Assembly (NCBI GenBank): GCA_046313635.1
Contig: JBKBYA010000004.1
Span: forward strand, 169,581-233,580
Reading direction: 5' to 3'
Origin: Pyrinomonadaceae bacterium
GTDB taxonomy: Bacteria; Acidobacteriota; Blastocatellia; Pyrinomonadales; Pyrinomonadaceae
Length of the DNA: 64,000 nt
The number at the start of each line of letters is the position of its first letter. The first letter of the stretch is position 1. A program made the translations under genes and the position numbers. The notes under the pieces were generated by a model, which was not told the DNA's origin, ran no database searches, and saw nothing but the letters and a program-made list of their open reading frames with translations. Shown piece after piece: positions 43,686-53,309 of this stretch.

Positions 43686-44822
43686 ATGAAGATAGGTCTA
43701 CCAAAAGAGATCAAAGACAACGAGTATCGCGTAGGTTTGACGCCGGCCGGCGTCAGGGCGCTGGTCGATGCGGGGCACACGCTGTTTGTGCAGAAGTCGG
43801 CGGGCGAGGGTTCGGGCTTCAGCGACGAGCAGTACGTCAAGGCCGGCGCGAAGATCGTCGACTCGGCCGACGACGTCTGGGCCGAGGGCGACATGATCGT
43901 CAAGGTCAAGGAGCCGATCGCTCCCGAGTACCCGCGGATGCGCGAGAATCAGCTGCTTTTCACATACCTGCACCTTGCACCCGAATTCGAGCTGACCAAG
44001 CAAATGATGGAGCGCAAGGTGACCGGCGTCGCGTACGAGACGATCACCGACATTCACGGCAAGCTCCCGCTGCTGACGCCGATGTCCGAGGTCGCGGGCC
44101 GCATGTCGGTGCAGGTCGGTGCGACCTATCTCGAAAAGATGAATGGCGGCAAGGGCGTTCTGCTCGGCGGCGTGCCCGGCGTTCCGGCCGCTAACGTCGT
44201 GATCATCGGCGGCGGCGTCGTCGGTACCGAGGCCGCGAAGATGGCCGTCGGTCTCGGCGCCCGCGTCACGATCATTGACCGCAATCTCGACCGCCTGCGT
44301 CAGCTCGACGATATCTTTCTTTCAAAGGTCCAGACGCTCGCCTCGTCGCGTTACGCGATCGAAGAGGCGATCTCGCATGCCGATCTCGTGATCGGAGCCG
44401 TGCTGGTCGTCGGCGCCGCCGCGCCGAAGCTCGTCACGCGCGATATGCTGCACCTCATTCCGCAGGGAGCGGTGCTTGTCGATGTCGCTGTCGATCAGGG
44501 CGGATGCTTTGAGACGACGCACGCGACGACGCACTCCAACCCGACGTACTTTGAAGAGGGCGTTCTGCACTACTGCGTCGCGAATATGCCGGGAGCCGTG
44601 CCGCGCACGTCGACATTCGCGCTGACCAACGCGACGCTGCCGTACGCTCTGGACCTTGCGAACAAGGGCTTTGAACGCGCGATCGCCGAGGACGCGGGCC
44701 TCAAGGAAGGCGTCAACACATACGCCGGCAAATGCACCTACCAAGCGGTCGCGACCTCGCAGAATATCGAATACACGCCGCTCGACTCGCTGCTCGACGG
44801 AAAGTCGGCATCGGCGGCGTAG
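43686..44822 (+). CDS. ald: Alanine dehydrogenase
   Basis: [44 protein letters not shown]. Confidence 0.97.
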   Translation: MKIGLPKEIKDNEYRVGLTPAGVRALVDAGHTLFVQKSAGEGSGFSDEQYVKAGAKIVDSADDVWAEGDMIVKVKEPIAPEYPRMRENQLLFTYLHLAPEFELTKQMMERKVTGVAYETITDIHGKLPLLTPMSEVAGRMSVQVGATYLEKMNGGKGVLLGGVPGVPAANVVIIGGGVVGTEAAKMAVGLGARVTIIDRNLDRLRQLDDIFLSKVQTLASSRYAIEEAISHADLVIGAVLVVGAAAPKLVTRDMLHLIPQGAVLVDVAVDQGGCFETTHATTHSNPTYFEEGVLHYCVANMPGAVPRTSTFALTNATLPYALDLANKGFERAIAEDAGLKEGVNTYAGKCTYQAVATSQNIEYTPLDSLLDGKSASAA

Positions 44823-45042
44823 TCAGAACCATCTGCGGTAGCGGGTGGTTGAGCGTTTGGGAAATGAACCCTTAATAGACGCGAAGCAGCGAAAATCAAT
44901 TCGCGGATTCGCGTCTATTTCGTTTTTCGCGGGCAAATGTTTTCGCTGTTGAAGATACTAATCGGATTCGATGTTGAGTTTGTCTGGATCGTGGAGTCTT
45001 TGATTTGATCTTAAACCACCCGCTGCCGCAGGTGGTTCTTAC
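44821..45042. repeat. Inverted pair of family A REP-like hairpins (REPIN-like)
   Basis: 44821-44852 and 45011-45042 are near reverse complements; the first overlaps the ald stop. Confidence 0.85.
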
Positions 45043-45044
45043 CG

Positions 45045-46472
45045 ATGTACGAGTTTGCAGTAACACCCGCTATCACTCAGCTTCGCCGGCCGGGCGTGAC
45101 GATCACAGAGGTCGCGCCGGGCAGTCTTGGCGAGGAGCTCGAGCTTGCGCCGAATGACCGGATCGTAAAGGTCAACGGCCGCACGGTGCGGGACTATCTT
45201 GACTTCAGGTTTCAGACCGGCGGCGAGACCGAGCTGACATTTCAGGTGCGCAAACCGAGCGGGGAATTGATCGAGATCGAATTTGACCGCGACGAGGACG
45301 AGGACTTCGGCTTGATGTTTGAGCAGATCATCCCGCGGCAGTGCGCGAACGAATGTCTGTTCTGCTTTTGCAAAGGCAATCCCGAGGACGCGCGGGCCTC
45401 GCTCTTCGTCCGTGACGAGGACATTCGACTCTCGTTCCTTTACGGCAACTACACCACGCTCTCGTCGATCACCGAGGACGAGATGAACCGCATCGTCGAG
45501 CAGCGTCTCTCGCCGCAGTACGTGTCGGTGCACGCGACCGATCTTAAGACGCGAGCATATCTGCTCGGCGTCGACGAAAAGCGAGCCGACATATCCGACA
45601 AGCTCCAGCGCCTGCTCGACAACGACATCGAGATCCACGCGCAGGTCGTGCTTTGTCCCGAGATCAACGACGGCAAGATCCTCGAAAAGACGCTTCGCGA
45701 TCTCGCCTCGCATTATCCCAAGGTCGTCAGCACGGCGGTCGTTCCCGTCGCTCTAACGCGCTACAACACCGACGAGCGGCTCACGCGCGTCACGCCGGAA
45801 TTCTGCCGCCGCACGATCCGCGAGGTCGAAAACCTCCAAATGGAATTTCGCCGCATGCTGGGCACCACCTTCGCTTTCCTCGGCGACGAGATCTACATCA
45901 AGGGCGGCGTCGACATTCCGTCCCGCCGGCATTACGGCAATTACCCGCAGATCGAAGACGGCGTCGGAATGGTGCGGTCGTTTTTGAACGCGTTCGAGAA
46001 GTTAATGCGGAATGCGGAACGTGGAGTGCGGAATTCGGGAGCTCGATCTCAGATCGCCGTTTCGGCCGACGTTCGAACGCACCCAAGTGCGCTGACACCG
46101 CGCATTCCGCATTCCGCACTCCGCATTCCGCACTCGAAGTTCGGCACGATCCTGACGGGTGAGATGTTCGCGCCGTATCTTTCAGTATTGATCGAGCGGT
46201 ACAACGAGCTGCGTGGAGCTCGGCTGAATGTGCTTGCGGTTCCCAATACCTATTTCGGCGGCGACGTCGCGGTCGCCGGGCTTCTGACGGGGCGCGACTA
46301 TCTCAATGTTAGGGACAAGATCGCGGGAGATTTTGTCGTCATTCCAAAGCACACGATCAAGTCGGACGAGCCGATCCTCCTGGACGGAATGACATTCGAT
46401 GAACTAAAGGCCGCCTTCTCGGTGCCGATATACGACCTCGATCTCGACGGCCTTATCGCCTTCCTCTCCTGA
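45045..46472 (+). CDS. PDZ / DUF512 radical-SAM-like Fe-S protein
   Basis: N-terminal PDZ-like segment, CANECLFCF, DEDIRLSFLYGNY, YPQIEDGVG, VAGLLTG. Confidence 0.9.
   Translation: MYEFAVTPAITQLRRPGVTITEVAPGSLGEELELAPNDRIVKVNGRTVRDYLDFRFQTGGETELTFQVRKPSGELIEIEFDRDEDEDFGLMFEQIIPRQCANECLFCFCKGNPEDARASLFVRDEDIRLSFLYGNYTTLSSITEDEMNRIVEQRLSPQYVSVHATDLKTRAYLLGVDEKRADISDKLQRLLDNDIEIHAQVVLCPEINDGKILEKTLRDLASHYPKVVSTAVVPVALTRYNTDERLTRVTPEFCRRTIREVENLQMEFRRMLGTTFAFLGDEIYIKGGVDIPSRRHYGNYPQIEDGVGMVRSFLNAFEKLMRNAERGVRNSGARSQIAVSADVRTHPSALTPRIPHSALRIPHSKFGTILTGEMFAPYLSVLIERYNELRGARLNVLAVPNTYFGGDVAVAGLLTGRDYLNVRDKIAGDFVVIPKHTIKSDEPILLDGMTFDELKAAFSVPIYDLDLDGLIAFLS
46004..46135. repeat. In-frame inverted heptamer array (AATGCGG)x5 / (CGCATTC)x5
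   Basis: Encodes MRNAERGVRNS...RIPHSALRIPHS within the DUF512 gene. Confidence 0.9.
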
Positions 46473-46482
46473 TCCCGCGGGA

Positions 46483-47298
46483 TCAGTTCCTCGTAAAGTT
46501 ATAGACGATCACGCCCGTGACCTTCACCGGGACCTTTGACAAAAGGGTCGGGTCAAACCGCGCCCGCCGCGCGGCATCCTCGGCGACTTTGCGAAACATC
46601 GGATGACCGTCGACGGCTTTTGCCGACGTCACGACACCTTCCTCATCGATCGCGACCTGCACGCTCACCTTTCCCTGCAGGTTCAAGGCGACCGCTCCCG
46701 GCGGATAGGTCGGCACCGGCAGGAGCTTTGCGCGGCCGTTGATGACGCCGAGTGTTTTCGTGACCGGCGGGCGGGGCGGCGGAGGCGGTTCGACGACGGG
46801 ACGCGCCGTGCCGGCGGTATCATCTCTCTCGGGCGCGACATCAGAACCGCTGCTCGAACTGGTCGTCGCGGCACCGCGGTCAGAGTCGAACGACGGCGGG
46901 CCCGCGATCTCGCGCGCATTCGGATCGATAATGAAGCGGCCGTCCGGTCGAGACATTTGTGTCGGCCGCTCGGTCGAGATAGGCGGGATGTCGATCGGCT
47001 GCTCGTCGGGCCGCATTATGTTCGCCTGACGCCTCGGCAGCTCGGTGCGTTCCTGCGGCGATCGATCTTGTCGGCGCGGCCTGGAGGGCTCGGGCGCGGC
47101 GGCGGGCGGCTCGACCGGAGCGAGCATCGCGGAGAGCTCAAATTCGTCGGTGCCGAGCGAGATGTCGGCGGCGTAGATGCTGACGACAACGGCGGCGGCA
47201 AACAGCAGCCCGACGACGGCGGTAGAGACTGCAAAGTACTTCCTGCGGCCGCGCAGGTCGGCGGCGTCAGAGGCGGATTCGATCAGCTTGTCAAACAT
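46483..47298 (-). CDS. Energy transducer TonB family protein
   Basis: TM anchor, Pro-rich linker, PTYP...GKVSVQVAIDEEG C-domain; RBS aggagg. Confidence 0.9.
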   Translation of the reverse strand: MFDKLIESASDAADLRGRRKYFAVSTAVVGLLFAAAVVVSIYAADISLGTDEFELSAMLAPVEPPAAAPEPSRPRRQDRSPQERTELPRRQANIMRPDEQPIDIPPISTERPTQMSRPDGRFIIDPNAREIAGPPSFDSDRGAATTSSSSGSDVAPERDDTAGTARPVVEPPPPPRPPVTKTLGVINGRAKLLPVPTYPPGAVALNLQGKVSVQVAIDEEGVVTSAKAVDGHPMFRKVAEDAARRARFDPTLLSKVPVKVTGVIVYNFTRN

Positions 47299-47377
47299 GG
47301 CTTCCTCCTGATTCCTGTCCGGTGCCAACCGATGACTCGATAGACACCGGTTCGGCCAAGAAGGTTTCAGGATCATT

Positions 47378-47399
47378 TGTGTTACAAAAGCGTTAACTC
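47378..47399. promoter_or_regulatory. Possible Pho-box-like direct repeat
   Basis: GTTACA (47381) and GTTAAC (47392) at 11-bp spacing between divergent tonB and pstS. Confidence 0.4.
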
Positions 47400-47493
47400 G
47401 GTGTTTTGCCTTTTTTGACCCTGCTTGTGTCCCGAACCATACTTGGACGTGCAGCACATCAGTATTTACAATCAACTTCGAACAAAAAAATCT

Positions 47494-48612
47494 ATGAATA
47501 GAGAATTGAGAACAGTCAGTCTGCTGACGCTGCTGACGATCGTGTCGGCGCTTATCGCGGCCGGCTGCAGCGGCCAACGCGTGGGCACATCGAGCGATCC
47601 GGCAAATGGGGACCGTGCGGGCTCCGGCGGTGCCGTGCGGCTTCAGGGTTCCGGCTCGACGTTCGTCAAGCCGATGATGGACAAATGGACAAGTGAGTAC
47701 GGCAAGGCTCATCCCAACGTACGTGCGGATTACCAGTCGACGGGCTCGGGAGCGGGCATCAAGGCGATCCAGGGGCAAACGGTCAATTTCGGAGCGACGG
47801 ACGCGGCGATGAGCGACGAGGAGATGAAGCAGTCGCCCGCCGAGATCGTTCACGTTCCGGTCATCCTCGGCGCCGTTGTGTTGACCTACAATCTCGAGGG
47901 CGTCAAAGAGCCGCTGCGACTCTCGCCTGAGGTGATCGCGGATATTTTTCTGGGCAAGATCAAAAAGTGGGACGACCCGAGGCTCAAGAGCGACAACCCG
48001 AACGCCGCTCTGCCGTCGACCGACATCACGCCCGTTTACCGCTCGGACGGCAGCGGGACGTCGGACGTATTTACGGACTTTTTGTCAAAATCCAGCGAAG
48101 AATGGAAACAGAAGGTCGGCCGGACCAAAAATCCGCAGCTACCGCAGGGCGTGGGCATCGGCGCCAAGGGCAACGAGGGCGTGATGGGACAGGTCAAGCA
48201 AACGCCGAACACGATCGGCTACGTCGAGCTGACCTTTGCAAAGGCCAACAATCTCCCGGCGGCACTTGTCAAGAATCCGGCCGGCGAATTTGTCGAGCCC
48301 GGTCCAGACACCGTCTCGGCGGCCGCGGCCGGCGTGCTCGGCAATGCACCTGCCGATCTGCGGATGCAGATCACCAATGCGCAGGGAGCCAACGCCTATC
48401 CGATCTCGGGGATGGTCTACGCGCTCATATATAAGGACCAAAAAGATCCTAACGTCGGCAAGACGCTGGTCGATTTTCTCTGGTGGGCCACGCACGATGG
48501 GCAGGCGTTTGCGAGAGACCTGCACTACGCACCGCTCCCTCCGGAACTCGTCGCACGCGTTGAAGAAAAACTTCGGTCCATCACGTCGGGCGGTCAGGCG
48601 CTTCGGCCGTAG
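47494..48612 (+). CDS. pstS: Phosphate ABC transporter substrate-binding lipoprotein
   Basis: Lipobox IAAGC, GSGST, GSGAG, RSDGSGT, AYPI. Confidence 0.96.
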   Translation: MNRELRTVSLLTLLTIVSALIAAGCSGQRVGTSSDPANGDRAGSGGAVRLQGSGSTFVKPMMDKWTSEYGKAHPNVRADYQSTGSGAGIKAIQGQTVNFGATDAAMSDEEMKQSPAEIVHVPVILGAVVLTYNLEGVKEPLRLSPEVIADIFLGKIKKWDDPRLKSDNPNAALPSTDITPVYRSDGSGTSDVFTDFLSKSSEEWKQKVGRTKNPQLPQGVGIGAKGNEGVMGQVKQTPNTIGYVELTFAKANNLPAALVKNPAGEFVEPGPDTVSAAAAGVLGNAPADLRMQITNAQGANAYPISGMVYALIYKDQKDPNVGKTLVDFLWWATHDGQAFARDLHYAPLPPELVARVEEKLRSITSGGQALRP

Positions 48613-48635
48613 CCGCTGGTCGCAGGGAGCATCAA

Positions 48636-49565
48636 TTGGCACAGACGAATAGTCCGGGCGATAAGATCTTTCGTGCGATTCTGGTCGCCGCCGCCGCGTT
48701 CATCCTCGTGATCGTGGCGGCGATGATCGGCGTTATGCTCGAGTATTCGATGCCGACGATCTCGAGGTTCGGGCTCGGATTTCTCACCGGGCTCGAGTGG
48801 AACCCGGCGATGGACCGCTACGGCGCGCTGCCCTTCATTTACGGGACCGTCGTATCGTCGCTCATCGCCCTCGTGATCGCGGTGCCGATCTCGCTGGGCA
48901 TCGCCATTTTTCTTACAGAGCAGGCTGACGCGCGATTGGCACGGCCCGTCGCGTTTCTGGTCGAGCTGCTTGCCGCGATCCCGTCGGTGGTATACGGGCT
49001 TTGGGGGATCTTTGTCCTCGCTCCGTTCGTGCGTGAGTATCTGGGACACTTTCTTCAGACATATCTCGGATTTATCCCTTTGTTTCAGGGGCGACTTACC
49101 GGGATCGGAATGCTGACCGGCGGCCTGATACTCGCGATAATGATCACGCCGATCATCACGGCGGTGATCCGCGAGGTCCTCGAAGCGGTGCCCGCCGCTC
49201 AGCGAGAAGCGGCTCTCGCGCTCGGGGCCACCAAGTGGGAGACGACACAGATCGTGCTCGCCAACGCCGCGTCCGGGATTGCCGGTGCGGTCGTGCTGGG
49301 CCTCGGCCGGGCTCTCGGCGAGACGATGGCCGTCACAATGGTGATCGGCAATACGCCGCAGATCTCGGCGTCGCTGCTTGAGCCGGCGTATACGATCGCG
49401 TCGGTGCTGGCGAGCAATTTTGCCGACGCCACGGGCGAGATCTATCTCAGCGCGCTGATCGAGATCGGGCTGATCCTGTTTCTGGTGACCTTTGTCGTGA
49501 ACGCCATCGCAAAGCTTCTCGTCGCCGGCGTCGCCGGGCGGCAGGGAAGGGCCGCGGGACACTGA
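48636..49565 (+). CDS. pstC: Phosphate ABC transporter permease
   Basis: ELLAAIPSVVYGLWG, GRALGETMAV. Confidence 0.96.
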   Translation: MAQTNSPGDKIFRAILVAAAAFILVIVAAMIGVMLEYSMPTISRFGLGFLTGLEWNPAMDRYGALPFIYGTVVSSLIALVIAVPISLGIAIFLTEQADARLARPVAFLVELLAAIPSVVYGLWGIFVLAPFVREYLGHFLQTYLGFIPLFQGRLTGIGMLTGGLILAIMITPIITAVIREVLEAVPAAQREAALALGATKWETTQIVLANAASGIAGAVVLGLGRALGETMAVTMVIGNTPQISASLLEPAYTIASVLASNFADATGEIYLSALIEIGLILFLVTFVVNAIAKLLVAGVAGRQGRAAGH

Positions 49566-49566
49566 T

Positions 49567-50433
49567 ATGAACGACTCACGCTCGACGCCAGCCGTCGATA
49601 TGAAAGTATCGAACCGCCGCCGGAGGATGATCAGCGGTCTGATGGCGACGCTGACGGCGCTCTGCGCCGTATTTGCGATCGGGATACTGCTGGTCATTCT
49701 CGGCTATATCGGCGTCCGAGGCGTGTCGTCGCTCGACCTTCAATTCCTGATCGACACCCCAAAGCCGGTCGGCGAAGGCGGCGGCATCGGCAACGCGATC
49801 GTCGGCTCATTCCTGATGACTGGGCTCGCGAGTCTCGTCGGCCTGCCGATCGGTATCGCCGCTGGGGTCTATCTCGCCGAGTTCGGCAGCGGATGGTTTG
49901 GCCGCATCGTGCGATTCGTCGCAGACACGATGACCGGCATCCCGTCGATCATTGTCGGGATATTCGTTTTTACGGTCTTTGTTTTGCCGATGGGGCGGCA
50001 GTCGGGTCTGGCAGGCAGTATCGCGCTCGCGATCATTATGATCCCGATCGTCGCCCGAACGACCGAGGAGATGATCCGCCTCGTGCCCCAGGCGATGCGC
50101 GAAGGAGCCCTCGCCCTCGGAGCTCCGAATTGGCGCGTGACGTGGGACATCGTTCTCCCGGCGGCCCGGGCGGGCATCGCGACCGGCGCAATGCTCGCGA
50201 TCGCACGCGTATCGGGCGAGACGGCACCGCTGCTTTTCACGGCGCTCAACAGTCGTTTTTACAACTTTTATCTGGATCAGCCGATGGCGTCGCTGACCGT
50301 GCAGATATTCAACTACGCGACCGGCCCCTTCGAGATCGAATGGCGGATGGCTTGGGCGGCGACGCTCGTTCTGATGACGCTGATCCTCGTGATCAACGTC
50401 GCGGTCAGGTATCTTACGAGGAAGAGATATTGA
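49567..50433 (+). CDS. pstA: Phosphate ABC transporter permease
   Basis: GIPSII, ARVSGETAPL. Confidence 0.96.
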   Translation: MNDSRSTPAVDMKVSNRRRRMISGLMATLTALCAVFAIGILLVILGYIGVRGVSSLDLQFLIDTPKPVGEGGGIGNAIVGSFLMTGLASLVGLPIGIAAGVYLAEFGSGWFGRIVRFVADTMTGIPSIIVGIFVFTVFVLPMGRQSGLAGSIALAIIMIPIVARTTEEMIRLVPQAMREGALALGAPNWRVTWDIVLPAARAGIATGAMLAIARVSGETAPLLFTALNSRFYNFYLDQPMASLTVQIFNYATGPFEIEWRMAWAATLVLMTLILVINVAVRYLTRKRY

Positions 50434-50572
50434 GGCGGTCTACGGGGGCTTTGCTCGTCCATTTGCGGACAAGCTTGGCTTTTCAGCAAACAGATCGGCG
50501 TGGCCGCACGTTGAATTGAAAAGTGTTGTTTTTGATCGATCTAATTTGAGATAGGTAATATTGCCATTTGAG

Positions 50573-51400
50573 ATGGACGCAGCCACGAGACAGTCAATGA
50601 TGAGCACCGAACGCGGGCCGAGCATCGCACCTGAGCCGAACGCCGAAAGCAAGATCAGCGTGCGTAACCTGAACTTTTTCTACGGCAAGGCGCAGGCGCT
50701 CTACGACATCTCGCTCGAGATACCCGAGCGCGAGGTGATGGCCTTTATCGGGCCGTCGGGATGCGGCAAATCGACATTCCTGCGCACGCTCAACCGGATG
50801 AACGACACGATCCCGGGCGCGCGCGTCGAGGGGACCGTGACGATCGACGGACGCGATATATACTCGTCGGGAACCGACGTCGTCAGCCTAAGGCGCAAGG
50901 TCGGGATGGTATTTCAAAAGTCGAACCCGTTCCCGAAATCCATCTTCGAAAATGTCGCGTACGGCGTGCGGATCAACCGCATGGCGTCGAGCAAGGGCGA
51001 TCTCGAGGCGCGGGTCGAGAAGGCGCTTCGCGACGCGGCGCTGTGGGACGAGGTCAAGGACCGGCTCAAGACTTCGGCATTCGGGCTCTCGGGCGGCCAG
51101 CAGCAGCGGCTGTGCATCGCACGGGCGCTCGCCGTCGAACCCGAGGTCGTGCTGATGGACGAGCCCGCGTCGGCGCTTGACCCGCTCGCGACGCAAAAGA
51201 TCGAGGAGCTCATCGTCGAGCTCAAAAAGAAGTACACGATCGTCATCGTCACGCACAATATGCAGCAGGCCGCCCGCGTCTCTGACCGCACATCGTTCTT
51301 CTTGCTCGGCAAGCTGATCGAAACAAGCCCGACGCGGAAAATGTTTACGAGCCCCGACGAAAAAACGACCGAGGATTACATTACGGGACGATTCGGATAA
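50573..51400 (+). CDS. pstB: Phosphate ABC transporter ATPase (start uncertain)
   Basis: [36 protein letters not shown]. Confidence 0.96.
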   Translation: MDAATRQSMMSTERGPSIAPEPNAESKISVRNLNFFYGKAQALYDISLEIPEREVMAFIGPSGCGKSTFLRTLNRMNDTIPGARVEGTVTIDGRDIYSSGTDVVSLRRKVGMVFQKSNPFPKSIFENVAYGVRINRMASSKGDLEARVEKALRDAALWDEVKDRLKTSAFGLSGGQQQRLCIARALAVEPEVVLMDEPASALDPLATQKIEELIVELKKKYTIVIVTHNMQQAARVSDRTSFFLLGKLIETSPTRKMFTSPDEKTTEDYITGRFG

Positions 51401-51402
51401 GC

Positions 51403-51506
51403 GGCGAGGGGCGAGGTGTGAGTGGTGAACGGTGAATGGTGAATGGTGAATGGTAAATGGGGGAGGAGACCAATTTCTCGTCACTCGCCACTCGTCACTT
51501 GTCACT
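51403..51506. repeat. Inverted heptamer array (GGTGAAT/GGCGAGG) / (TCACTCG)
   Basis: About 8 units then 4 units between pstB and phoU. Confidence 0.85.
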
Positions 51507-51513
51507 AACAGAT

Positions 51514-52176
51514 ATGGAAGAACACAGACTTATCGGCAAGCGGCTCGAGCACTTGCGTGAGCTTGTACTCGAAATGGGCAACGAGGCCCGGGCAGCCGTG
51601 GACCGCTCCATGCAGTCGATCGTCGAACGCAACAGCGACCTCGCGGCCGAGGTGCTGGCACACGACGACGCGATCGACCGTCTCGAGCTCGAGATCGATC
51701 GCGAGGTCATCGAGATATTTGCGCTGCAGCAGCCCGCGGCCCGCGACCTGCGCTTTGTCATCGCGGTCGCCAAGATCACGCCCGTTCTCGAGCGTATCGC
51801 CGATCACGCCGGCAATATCGCGTCGGCGGCGATCGAGCTCAACAACGAGCCGCCGCTCGCCGAGTACGTCGACTTTCCAAAGATGGCCGCACGGGCGTCG
51901 GACATGCTCAGGCAGGCGATCGACGCTTTCAATAACGAAGATTCAAACCTCGCCCGCCGCGTCATCGCGCTCGACAAAGAGATCGACTCGATCTACCACA
52001 AGGTCGTCCGCGAGCTGATGGACCATATGCGCACCGAGCCCGCGACGTCGACACGCGTGATGCAGCTGCTCTTCGTCGCCAAGCACATCGAGCGGATCGG
52101 CGATTATGTCAAAGACGTCTGCGAGCTGGCCGTCTATATGATCGAAGCTGAATTTATCAAGCACCAGCCGGAGTAG
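51514..52176 (+). CDS. phoU: Phosphate signalling protein PhoU
   Basis: QPAARDLR, LERIADHA, IERIGD; follows pstB. Confidence 0.95.
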   Translation: MEEHRLIGKRLEHLRELVLEMGNEARAAVDRSMQSIVERNSDLAAEVLAHDDAIDRLELEIDREVIEIFALQQPAARDLRFVIAVAKITPVLERIADHAGNIASAAIELNNEPPLAEYVDFPKMAARASDMLRQAIDAFNNEDSNLARRVIALDKEIDSIYHKVVRELMDHMRTEPATSTRVMQLLFVAKHIERIGDYVKDVCELAVYMIEAEFIKHQPE

Positions 52177-52245
52177 AGTTCAAAGTTCCAGGTTCAAAGT
52201 TCAAAGTCGGACTGCGACGCAACCTTGAACTTTGAACCTGGAGCT
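52177..52245. repeat. Inverted heptamer array (AGTTCAA)x4 / (TTGAACT)x3
   Basis: Fills the whole gap between convergent phoU and xdhC. Confidence 0.88.
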
Positions 52246-53243
52246 TACGCCCCGTTCTTCGTCGCGATGATCTCCGCCGCGATCGAGACGGCGATCTCGT
52301 CGGGCGTGCGGCTGTTGATCGGCAGGCCGATCGGTGTGCGGATGAGGTCGAGACGTTCTTTTGAAATTCCCTCGGCGATAAGCTCCTTGAACAGCGTCGC
52401 CATCTTTGCCTTGCTCCCGAGCACGCCGAAGTACTTGAAATCCTTGTCGACAAGCTGCCGTATCACGACCGCGTCCGACGCGTAGCCGAGCGTCATCACG
52501 ACGACGTAGGCATCGTCGCCATTCCGGACCAGCTCCCCGATCTGATCGTAGCTCTCGACGATCCGCTTCTCGTCGGCGAATTCGTTTTTCTCGATCGTAT
52601 TGAGGTCGGGCCGGTCGTCGAAAAGCGATATGTGAAAGCCGAGCCTCGCCATCAGCTCCGACAACGCGAGAGCGCAGTGCCCGCCGCCGATGATGTATAG
52701 CCGCGGCCGCTTGCCGATCACTTCGGAATACACAAAACCGCTTCCAGCCGTTCGTCTAAATTCGATCGGCCGATCTCCGCCCGGCGACATTCGCCGCGTC
52801 CCGCAGACATCGGGCCCCGCGGCAAACGTCGACTCCGTGATCAGCAGCGTATAACCGCCCGCGCGGTCGTGCGCGTCGATGACGATCTTGACCGTATCGA
52901 GATCGCTTTGCGTGAGCTTTCTAACGATCACGGACTGTCGGCCCGAGCAGATCATTCCGCTCGCATTCTCAACGTCGCGGCGATGAATTTGTTCGATAAG
53001 TGCCGGCGGTAAACCACCCGCGTGTGGACGTGACAAGATGCCCCGCGCCTGCTCGACGAGATTCACCTCCATCACGCCGCCGCCGATGCTGCCGAATAAT
53101 TCGCCGTCGGCGCCGACCGCCATTTTGTAACCCTGACGACCGGGACTCGAGCCTGAGCTCTCAGCGACGACGAGCAGCATCACGTGCTCACCGCGCCTGA
53201 GGCGAGCGGCGACAAATTGCCATAGTTCGAGTTCTTTAGACAC
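52245..53243 (-). CDS. xdhC: XdhC family xanthine dehydrogenase accessory protein
   Basis: GSSPG, GSIGGG, GMICSG, GGGH, GVLGS, PIGL...PDEIAVSIAAE. Confidence 0.93.
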   Translation of the reverse strand: MSKELELWQFVAARLRRGEHVMLLVVAESSGSSPGRQGYKMAVGADGELFGSIGGGVMEVNLVEQARGILSRPHAGGLPPALIEQIHRRDVENASGMICSGRQSVIVRKLTQSDLDTVKIVIDAHDRAGGYTLLITESTFAAGPDVCGTRRMSPGGDRPIEFRRTAGSGFVYSEVIGKRPRLYIIGGGHCALALSELMARLGFHISLFDDRPDLNTIEKNEFADEKRIVESYDQIGELVRNGDDAYVVVMTLGYASDAVVIRQLVDKDFKYFGVLGSKAKMATLFKELIAEGISKERLDLIRTPIGLPINSRTPDEIAVSIAAEIIATKNGA

Positions 53244-53256
53244 GGCGGCTACGGAG

Positions 53257-53309
53257 TAGATGATCGTTGATAGATGAAAGGTCTCATCTCATCTATTAAC
53301 TATCATCTA
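53257..53309. repeat. Inverted heptamer array (TAGATGA)x3 / (TCATCTA)x3
   Basis: tagatgatcgttgatagatga and tcatctattaactatcatcta; contains the xdhB stop. Confidence 0.8.

Noticed and set aside
51403..51506. Repeat arrays as a possible CRISPR
   Set aside because: Units are 7 bp, contiguous and inverted, with no unique spacers; no cas genes in the window.
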